Below, piece after piece: positions 1 to 11,700 of a DNA stretch of 64,000 nucleotides. The position numbers and the translations under genes are program-made. Below the pieces are notes generated by a model. That model had not been told where the DNA came from and ran no database searches. It was given only the letters and a program-made list of their open reading frames with translations. Position 1 is the stretch's first letter, and every line of letters begins with the position of its first letter. Source of the stretch: Octopus sinensis (lineage: Eukaryota); the NCBI RefSeq assembly GCF_006345805.1, contig NC_043019.1, forward strand, positions 28,023,360 through 28,087,359, read 5' to 3'.

Positions 1-457
1 TATTTTTTAAGTCATTCATTTAAGTTACCATTCCATACCCTGTTCATTTTCAAATCAATCTTAAGATCTGCAGCAAAAGTTAAGCTAGGTTTCACTGAAA
101 CATGCTAAGAATCACAATCAATCTTTGTTACATTCTGCTTTCATCAATTTCAATTTTTCAAGGTACTCCCTGTACTTCCTCCCAATGTCTTTCTTCACCA
201 CAATTAATCCTGAAGGCAGCAACAGGAGTGGAGTATGGTTTTAATTAACGTTTGTTGGTTCACTAGATTAAATATGTTAGCACTCGTTTTACTATAAAAG
301 TACTACCTTGAACCTTACAAAATATAAACAAAAATCAACCGACCATGCATATTAACACAATACATTGGAGACGCTAAACTGATGCTGCTACAATTATTCA
401 CTATCAGAAGCCGGAGGGGTGGGGTTGGAGTTGTTTACCAAAAGAGTTTATAAATAC

Positions 458-584
458 CTTCTTCTAATATCTTCAAGTTTGCTAGGGTCATCAATTAGAA
501 TTTGAACCCCAAGCTTCATTTTCTCTTTCCTGAGACCAAAATCTAAGCAAGCAATTTTGGCATTGGTAATACTTTTGGGCATGG
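458..584 (-). CDS. TCP1: TCP1 exon 7
   Basis: caacag|(A)[41 protein letters not shown](R)|gtattt, 127 nt. Confidence 0.96.
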
Positions 585-2614
585 CTGTTGGAAGAAAAGA
601 AACAGGAATTAACAACGCTTTATTAAATTAGCAGACTAATTGACAGATTTTACACAAAACAGACAGACACACCATCGTCATCATCTTGACAAGTGTTTTC
701 TATGCCAGTAGACATGAGACAAGGGAGTAAAGGACATACATAGGTCATGGTTCTGTATAATTTCTACAAAGCTTAACCCTTTAGCAATCAGATTACTTTC
801 AACTATAATGCTTATTTATTTGCACTGTTTTAAATTAATCATACATTATCTCATAGCTTTGTGACTTCCATGCTGTGACCATTTATTTTAGAATGACATT
901 GTAAGGTAAGCGTGAAAGCCAAATCTGGCCAGTTTGGACATAAAACAGATAGAATATTCAGGCCAGATATGGCCGGTTTAAGTGCTAATGGGTTAAAGCA
1001 CTCCCTGCTAGTATATATTACTATTATTGTTATTAATAATAATAATTATTATAAAATATTTCATTTGTCAATAGCTGTATACCATTTTTTGGGAGGATGG
1101 GCATATGGTGTATGTAAGGTGATACTGTTGAATGTCTAAACTTGAGAAGATTGACCCTTTGTCTGAGAAAGAGACGGACAGAGCTGTAAAGAAATCCCTC
1201 CCTTTCTTAAATGAGCCGACAACTCGGATTCCTTTTCTCTTCACAACACACAAAGTTATCCAAGCTCATATCTCTGTACAAATAAAGCTATAATAGCACA
1301 TAAAATATTGGGTCAAAAACCCTTTGAATAGAAAAAGGTACACAGACACATAATTGTCTTTTGTAATTTCTGGCTACAAAATTCCATTCATCAGGTTTTG
1401 TATCAGATGGATGAAACCTAGACTAGGGTAGAAGCCACTTGACCATGCTACCATGCAGAGTGATCCAACTCAAAACCATGTGACTGTGAATGAAATCCTT
1501 CACCACACAGCTAACAAATTTACATCAACCCTTAAGCATTCAAATCATTCTGTCAAATGCAATGCTTGCTTATTCACATTGTTTGGAATTAATCATGTAT
1601 TCTCTCATAGCTTCATGGTTTTGATGAAGTAATTGTTTATGCTTAGAATGCCTTTGTAGGGTAGGTGTGAGAGGCTGGATCTGGCCTTTTTTTTAACATA
1701 ATGCAGGTAGAGTATTTGAGCTAAATATGGCCAGTTTAAATATGTAAGCACACATTATCTCCTATTCAATACTTCAACAGTGAAGGAGAGGAAATGGTTT
1801 TAAGAGAGGAGAAGTAAATTTTGAGACCAGTAAAACCAAGAACCAACTCACCTTTAGATGCAACAGTGACATTGATTGCATAGCCATTGACAAGAACACT
1901 TTCCCTGCTGCTTCGACCATGGGCTTTGAGGACATTGATGGCTTTCACTGGATAACGAGAATTTCCCTTGGAGTCAGTGATCTTTACAGCTTGTACGGCA
2001 TCAACAACCATGTTGGCAAAAAAGTCAGCTTCTCTGGTGAGGTGTTAAGGAATGAGTCTTTGTGCAAACTAGTTTATACTCTTTTTAAGACTACCAGGGA
2101 AAAAGTACAATGGCTACTATTACTAATACTGCTGCTACTACCAATATCTTAATTAGATATTATTTTAGTGCAAAAGTCCAATCAATTCATGTCACAATGA
2201 AGAGTTGCAAAACATTTCAGAGTCTCCATTTGAATCTCCTGGAAGAAACATCACCAACACATACACACACGACAAAAAAAAAAAAAAAACGTATGCAACC
2301 AACTCAAAAAGATACACACAGGTACACACACAACCTACAAAGATATATATATGACCTGCTGTGCTTGAGGAGACCTACTGAGTCAAGTACGTCAACATCA
2401 AAATAAAAATCAAATGGAAATTGTGGTTGTGGTACTCATGCCGGTGGCAAGTAAAAAGCACCCACTACACTCATGGAGTGGTTGGCATTAGGAAGGGCAT
2501 CCAGCTGTAGAAAGACTGCCAGATCAGATTGGAGCCTGGTGCAGCCTCCTGGCTTCCCAGACCCCAGTTGAACCGGAAAACGGACATTAAACGATGATGA
2601 TGATTTATATATAC

Positions 2615-2667
<53 letters not shown>

Positions 2668-2744
2668 CATATATATATATATATGTATATAAAACAAACT
2701 AGCTCATTAAGAAAATCTCTATCAGGTAGTGACATTTATATATT

Positions 2745-2791
<47 letters not shown>

Positions 2792-5700
2792 AACAGGCAA
2801 AAATATATACAATAGACAAGATACAAACATACACCAGGCAAAAAGATATACAATAAACAAATCAATACACATGCACACATGTATACATACTACAGTCGCA
2901 AAGTAACAATTCTACTTGTGTACCAAAGAGAGATGTACGCTCATTACATTTAGTGCAACCATGTGTAGCAGCATAGTCATGAATCAGTGGAATTGTCTTG
3001 ACTGAAAAAAGCCTTGCCATAGTAATAAGCGGGTTGAATTCTGTGAAGACTTTAAATCTCAAAGAAAAAAGAAACTTTAACAGTGACAACTGAGTGTCAT
3101 CTCTTGTGAAAGGTAGGAGAGTCCAGTTTGCTGGACATTGTTGTAGAGCTGAAAAAGAAGTAATTTCTACTCTTCTCCTCTGGAAGCCATCTACTCGCAA
3201 TACCAGAGGGTGCACACTCTCCTACCCTGATGTAATCTCCAGGGATACAGGCATCCAGCAACAGGACCTCCGTAATGCTATGATGGACCGTGAAGTCTGG
3301 CGTAAATTCCATTGTCTCGACCACGGTCGAACAATGATGATGATGAGAAATGAAGAGAAGAAGAAAAAGTATATGTTTAGACAACAGTGAATTCTTCCTC
3401 TTTGTGTATATTTTAACTCTTAAGTATTCAGATTACTCCATCAATTGTAATGCTTGTTTATTCACATTGTTTTGAATTAATCATGCATCTGAGATTCTGA
3501 TATGCGAATGATTATTTTAAAAATGACATAGTAGGGTATGGTTTGAGAGGCTGGGTTTGGAGAGTCTGAACATAGAGACAGGCAAAATGTTTGAGCCAGA
3601 TACGGCTGGTCTAAATGCTTCACAAAAGAGAAGAGAAAGCGATTTGCAAGAGAAATAATCAAAACAAGGATACGCTCCAATCAGCTTGCTGGCCATGCTG
3701 GTCCTGGCCACACTGAGGATGGCTTCCTGACCCAATTCATCGGTGTTAATACACAGGTTTTCTTGAATGTAACGACAAGCCTCTCTGAAAAGAAAAAATA
3801 TATATAAAAGTTACAAAAACACACATTGGTCATTTATCATCATCATCGTTTAGCGTCCGTTTTCCATGCTAGCATGGGTTGGACGGTTCTACTGGGGTCT
3901 GTGAAGCCAGAAGGCTTCATCAGGCCCAGTCAAATCTGGCAGTGTTTCTACGGCTGGATGCCCTTCCTAACGCCAACCACTCCGTGAGTGTAGTGGGTGC
4001 TTTTTACGTGCCACCCGCACAATCTTATCCAATTTCTACAGTTGTCACCTACTCTTCTCTCTCTCTTGTTTACAATTCTTCAACACTTTTCTTTATTATA
4101 TTCATCCTCACATCCATTCTCTGTCTCTAACCATCCCTCACTCTCTCCCACACATTCTTGCAACCTCTACCCACGTACACTTCCTATTCTCGTGCCCTCC
4201 CCTCTCACTTTTGCTCACTCCCATGTCTTGAGGGTTCACCCTGACACATCATCATCTGCTTTCCATGCTAGCATGGGTTGGACGGTTCAACTGGGGTCTG
4301 GGAAGCCAGAAGGCTGCACCAGGCCCAGTCTGATGTGGCAATGTCTCTACGGCTGGATGCCCTTCCTAATGCCAACCACTCCATAACTATTTTTTTTATC
4401 TTTCCAGCTCCACACCAGCCAGTTGCCATATTGCTCTGCTACATTGACCTTTGCCTCTCATTCCATAGCATAAAGCTACCTCCCTCTCTACAGCAGCCCC
4501 AATCAGTCAAAAGAAATCTTAGTCTTGCAGGGTGGACTCACCAGAGGTAGTGCCATGAAAGAGAACTCAATACATGCTATAAAATGGTTGGCATTAAGAG
4601 CATCCATAGAAACCATGCTTGAAAGCAGACACTGGAGCACAATGTAGTCTTCGGTAAGGAACATGGACATTAAACGACAATATCTGCCAAATTAACTCTA
4701 GCAAAGCTCTGAGTATTTTTTCTCTATAATTAAGAATCAAGAAATAATAGCATCGACCCTAACACTAACCATAAACCATTCAACTGACAAAAAATAAAAA
4801 ACAAGCTACTTTGTGGTAATCAAAGTGGGACAATCAAAGATAGGTGTCTTCTTTAAGATCCCTTCATTATGACAACAAGAACCACTGCCCTGGGCATGAC
4901 TGCATCCTGTAATAGGTCCCTGATTTAGGAGTTTCAGAATTTTGAGGAAACCACCTCTTAGCCACTATTGTTCTCAGGTCTACTCTGACCTATAGTAATT
5001 GTAGTGATGTCATTCTTCAATGCGCGTGTGCGGGGTTGGAACCTTCTGGAAAGGCCTAAGGAAGTTCCCTCATGCACATGCAATAAAAACTGGGGAAAAA
5101 ATTCTATCGCGTTCCTTGTTAGCGTCGGTGACTTGAGACACGGCTATTGAAGAGAGAAGACGTGTTATCAGCCTATGCTCCTGTCCCAGATGCTTGGGAT
5201 TTGACTGGCTCTGTTACTGCTGGAGTTTTTGTAAGGTTTATCTTTACAAATGTTTAACTTCAGTCTTGCTGTACCTACACCAAGTGGTTACCAATTTACC
5301 AATTCTTTATGTAAATAACGAAATAAAGTATCATATTTTCTAAGGTTGCTTTCTTGTTCCTGACACCAGTAGTTTTGGGAAACAAAGAAGGAAATTGTGT
5401 TGCACCCAAACAGTGCAAAAGACACAACCTGTTCCAGACAGTTCCTTTACAGCCATAGGTTAATTAGCATATTAGGGTTTTCCTACCTACACATGGTTCA
5501 ATGGAGGAGAAAAGTGACTGCAGCAATGCATTGTGAAGTGCAGAGAGTAAGATGAAGCAAGTTAGATATTTTGGCCATCCATGGTGTCCATCCCTATCCC
5601 CAGTTGTCTTGCTAATGGATTGGTGGTGGTCACAGACAAGCAATTGAGATTGATATTGTGAAAAACAAAGCATCACACAATCCATCAGTCATCCCTAGGA

Positions 5701-8700
5701 TGAATAAGACCCAAACATCTGACGAGTCCAGTAGTCCAAAAATTTAAATTCACAACAACTGTGCCTTGTTAATTCAATTAGTCAATTTTTTAAAACTTTT
5801 AATTAAAGCTTTGAGATATTTACAGGTTGACACACCAGGTCTATTTTTTTCTTTTTCTTTTTTCAAACTTTCCAAACAGATGCTTAGATGTGGTACTGGT
5901 GCCATGTTAAAAGCACCCAGTACACTCTGTAAAGTGGCTGGCATCCAGCTGTAGATACCATGCCAAAACAGACAATGAAACCTGGTACGCCTCCCAAAAG
6001 CCTTACCAGCTTCTGTCAAACTGCCCAACACATTCCAGACGTTAGATGATGATAGTTTACAATAAAAAAGTAAACCTCTAAAGGTTGAAATTTTGGGGGA
6101 TTTTAACCAACTGAATGTGGCTTATCTTAAAACGCAAAATCTGAATTGCTATATGTTACCATAGTAACAGACCTCCATACAGCCAGTAGACCTAGTAGAA
6201 ATAACAAGCAACACTCCCTCAAATCACAGGATACTGTCTTAAAAACAAAGGTACTCAAATGCTTGAAACAGTTGAGAAATATCCCTCAAATCATTTCTGG
6301 ATTTGAACCAACCGACTTTGGGTTAAACAGTCACAAAATTTATCTGCACCATTAATTACTATGACTACTACTAATAATAATTGATGGTTGTGGGAATAGT
6401 GATAGTAGTGGTGGTGTTACTATATCACCATCCCCACAACCACCTCTTAGTAATAATGGTACTAACCATGTACTATTCAGTCGTTGGAGAGTTTCAAAAC
6501 TTTAGCATTCAGATTTGTTGAATGGTTTGCTTATTTCTTCACATTATTTTGAATTAGCCAGACATTATCTCATAGCTTCAATGTTGCAATGATGTGATTG
6601 TATATTTTCAGAATGACATTGTAGGGTAGGTATGAGAGGTTGAATCTGGTCAATCTAACTTAAAACAGGTAGAATATTTTGGCCAGATACGATCAGTTTA
6701 TATGCTAAAGGGTTAGAAGAAGAAAACCCACTTACTTGCAAGCCAATCTATAACCACTAATAATGGTGGTAGGATGGATTTTACTTTTAACCAAATCATC
6801 AGCATTCTTCAGTAACTCACTAGCCAGAATCACCTGAAATAAAACAAATTTAGATTTTAAATATTCCGACTCACTTTCAAAACTTTGTAATTTTTTTACC
6901 AGCTATAACATGGAACTACCAACCCTTCTATGAAGACAATAATTCCCAAGTGCCAGCCTCGCCTGGCCCTCGTGCCGGTGGCACATAAGAAGCACCATCC
7001 GTTCGTGGCCATTTGCCAGCTCTGTCTGGCACCTGTGCGGGTGGCACGTAAAAAGCACCCACTACACTCACGGAGTGGTTGGCGTTAGGAAGGGCATCCA
7101 GCCGTAGAAACACTGCCAGATTTGACTGGGCCTGATGAAGCCTTCTGGCTTCACAGACCCCAGTAGAACCGTCCAACCCATGCTAGCATGGAAAGCGGAC
7201 GCTAATCAATGATGATGATGATGCATATGGATCAGTTGTTAGAGCGTCGGGCTCACAATCATGAGGTAGTGAGTTCAATTCCCAGACCAGGCTGTGTGTT
7301 GTGTTCTTGAGCAATACACTTTATTTTACATTGCAACACCACTGGTGCCAAGCTGTATAGGCCTTTGCTTTTCCCTTGGATAACATCAATGGTGTGCAGA
7401 GGTGGAGGCTGGTATGTATGGGCAACTGCTGGTCTTCCATAAACAAATTTGACCGAACTTGTACATCAAAGGGTAACTTTTTAGGTGCAATTTCATGCTA
7501 ATTCATGACCGAAGGAGGTTTTTACACTATAAATACTACACAACACATTTGGTGGAAGGAATATTCAACAGTTTACAAATTTGCCACAATGAAAGTAACA
7601 ATCAAGAGGACACCAGTCTGACTCATATAAAACAGTACACATGGACTGTTATTGTCTAATAAGTGTTGACATATTGAAGCAAGAAGACAACTGAAATTTT
7701 TTTATATCTTTTTAATTTATACCTAGTTCATAGAGATTTTCCCCTTTAATTGTTAGAATCCTCTTGTTTGAATCCCTCACCTGTTTATTACTAATACTCA
7801 AACTTAAATTTCCATTTGAAAGAGTATGAATTAAGCTCTATTTTTGCATAGATGAGGTTTTTCACCTTTAAGATGAAAAAAGCAATTTTTGAAACTTTGT
7901 CAACTATTCCCTTTCTTCACTGAATGCATCAATATGCTGTTGAGTTTTAAACACAAAGGAGCAAAATATAAATTTGGGAAAAAAAAAAAGAAAAAAAAAA
8001 CAATTCTAACCAGGCTGTTTTCAAGAAACTTGCAAGCTGGTAATATTTATAGTATTACTTGCTTTATACAAAGACAATTTTTTATTTTCCTTCATCTACA
8101 ACAAAACAACCTCAATTCGACAGTTACCATTGCCAAACAGCGAAAGATAAGAATCAGGAGAACCAGAATATAGGAAAACAACTACAAAAATCTGAATGAC
8201 AAATTACCTTGCATTACAAGGCCCATGACAAGGTGGAGATAAAAATGAAAAACATTTAACCCTTTTGTTACCAACCCGGCTGAAACCTTGCTCTGGCTCT
8301 GAGTACAAATGTCTTGTTTTCATAGGTTTTGAATTAGAATCTTCCACCAAACCTTAGTTACAATTTATGCTCCTGACACTAGCTGAATGATAACTGAGTT
8401 ATTTTACTAAATTCTTTGTTATATTTAAAGTAATTGAAAGAAATACAGAGCATCTCAAAATAAATACAGTAATGAAAGGGTTAAACCTCTTAAGAATGAG
8501 GACTGTTAGCCCTAAATATTTCACAAAGGACCTGTGATCTCATGGAGACATTCGAATACAACAGCAGAAAGAGAGAGATTAGCATAGATTGAATCAAACT
8601 AATGTATTCTATATAACAATTAACAACCACTTACCACACTGCTAGTTCCATCGCCTACTTCCTTGTCTTGTAGTTCAGCCAATTCTACCAAAATCTTAGC

Positions 8701-11700
8701 AGCTGGGTGTTCTACTTCCAATAGCTTAAGGATCGTAGCGCCATCATTGGTAATTGTTATGTCCTGAGAAAACAAAAAAGAAAGAAAATGGTGAAATACA
8801 TCATTTAAAGAACACACTGGATTGTTAACCTCAACAGATATGATTGGCTACAAAACTAATATTAAACGTGCAAGTTCTTATATGAATGGAGCAGAACAAT
8901 CCTTTGGGGGATCAAATTTCTTTTGAAATAAACTGTCCAAATTAAGTTTGATATTTTTTAAAGAGATTTAGTAAAATAACTGTCATTATTAATCTGGTGT
9001 TTAGCCACAAAAAGATTCTTAAAATTATGCTGGAAGGTTTTGTTTAAAAAATATGAACCCTTTTAAACAGATTTTGTAACAAAACCAGCAGTGGGTTCAG
9101 AAGACTGTAGACTGAAACAGGTCAAGCAAAGAAAAATAGCTAAGTAAATATTTTGCTAAAGAGCAGCAATAACACTGAAACATGCCATTTGATATTGTAC
9201 TGTCAAAATTCACTGACCACTACAATGAAATTTTAATTACAATTGGAATATGAGCAAAGTTATCTTCCCACCCTTTTTTTCCTCTTTGTTTTAACCTTTT
9301 AGCATTCAGATTACCAAATGTAATGCTTATTTATTCACATTGTTTTGAATTAATCATGCATTACCTCATGGCTTTGAGATTTCAATGATGTGATTGTATA
9401 TTTTGAATGACATTGTAGGAGAGGGGTCAGAGATCAGATCGGTTAAGTTTGGACATAAAGCAGAATATTTAGGCCACATTATGGCTGGTTTAAATACTAA
9501 ATGGTTAAACCAGAATTGATTACAGTACTGGACCAAATATCTGGCAAACTTGGGTTCATAAGTAGCCTGGATTTCAGGATTTTCTGCAGACAGGTTAAAT
9601 ATTTACTTAAAATATAAAATTATGAAAAAAACTAAATTTGAAACAGATTCAAATGAAGCATAGTCTGTTTGATATTTATTGATCCACTCAAAATTCTTAA
9701 GTATATCATTATTGTACCATGTATACAGTATAATGCTTATAGAATGAAAATGAAATGAAGTCAAGAACATGATTTTATCTGACAGACACGAGTACAAATT
9801 AAAAGAATTCTAAACCAGAATATATTTAATCATTATGAATCCTCATAAAAAGTAAGAAACAAAACTATTTTTAACATAGCATATGCAAATTAACCAACTT
9901 CAAAAACAGAGTCTGTGCATGGTATTGCATAATATTCCCACATTTCCAGAAGCCAAATAAGAAGTCCAGTACAGCATGCATTAAGACACCGATTCTGTCT
10001 CCTCACTAAGGGTGTAGTTAAAACTTCCACACTAAGCACCAGCCTCACCAGGTTTTGGACAGATTCAATAAAAGGAATGACAGATTATATTTCAATAACT
10101 CGGGGAAAATCATTGTAGCTTTTCTTTGTTGGATGACCGATACAAATACATATGACCCAAACATTTTGAAATGTTATTCCCCCCCCCTTGAACTTTTACT
10201 CCAGAACAAGGTTTTGTACTGTTTGTTCTGGTAGCCGCCTTTAAAGTTGAAGATTCAAGAAGGTATAACTTACAGTGACCACATAGAAAGAGTTAATTAA
10301 TTAGACAACTATATGACCAATTAAACAATATAAAAAGTATGTGTTTGATATTATCATATTACTTACCCCAATGTCATCGACCAGCATTTTGTCGAGTCCT
10401 ACAGGACCAAGACTGCTTTTAATAATATTAGCAATTGCACATGCTGCCATCACTGAAACAGATAAAAAGAAAAATATTAATAAAACACAAACACACTTGA
10501 TGTCAAACTATCAAACTTAATTTGGACAATTTATTTCAAAAGCCATATCTGCACAAAACATACACTTCTCAACTATTCTCCAGGCACAACCACCCCCAAC
10601 CCTACTTAAATCAACTGCGGAACCCAGCTCATTACTCTGTTCAAACCATGCCAGCATAGATTGGATTATTAGGATATAAAATACAGTTGATTGGTATATC
10701 TGATTTTAATATGTGTCGGTGCCACATAGAAAGGCACCCAGTACAACCTGTGAAGTGGTTGGCATTAGGAAAGGCATTCAGCTGTAGAAACCATGGCAAA
10801 ATAGACAAATGGAGTCTGGTGCAGCTCTTGACTTTGCTAGCTTCTGTCAAACCGCCCAACCTTTGCCACAATAAAAAACAGACATTAAATAATGATGATG
10901 ATGAATACCTAAGTATACAAATGCTTATATTTATGTTTGACTCTGGGACTATATGTCCAACTATCTAAGACACAACAGTACCACTACACATTCACACTAC
11001 AACATACAAAAGAAAAACACACTGAATGATATAATACAAGATATACTGTCTGAAATTGATGTCCCCTTTAACCCTAGTCATATCCAGCCCAAATATTCTG
11101 TTTTACGTTCAAACCAACCAGATCTGACATCTCACACCTACCCTACAATGGCTTTCTAAAAATAATCATACTGTTGAAATCTATAATTTTGCATGACTAA
11201 TTCAAAACCATGTGCATAAACAAACATTACATTTGACAAAGTAATCTGAATGTTAAAGGGTTAATCACAGGTATGATCAAGGGCTGAACAACAATAAAAA
11301 AAAAAGCCACAAACATTACAAGGTAACTGTAACAATCTAGAACGTTGTTAAACACGACATCTATACCATCTGATCAAACACAGCAAACTAGTCACGCAGT
11401 CAATTGCCACAATAGACCCAGACAGTGACTGTCAAAGAATATTTTTTAACTAATGGAATCACTCTTGCAGCCATTAATTGACACAACAGTATAGAGACAT
11501 AAGCAAATACAATTACATCTTAATTTTTAAAAACAGCACAAAGCAAAGTATGACTCCAGACCATACATACGGCTTTTGGGATTTAATTTAATAATAATGA
11601 TTCCAAATTTTTCCACAAGGGCAGCAACTGGGGGAGGGGTCGATTACATCGACCCCAGTGTTCAACTGGTAGGTACTTATTTTATCGACTCCTAGAGGAC

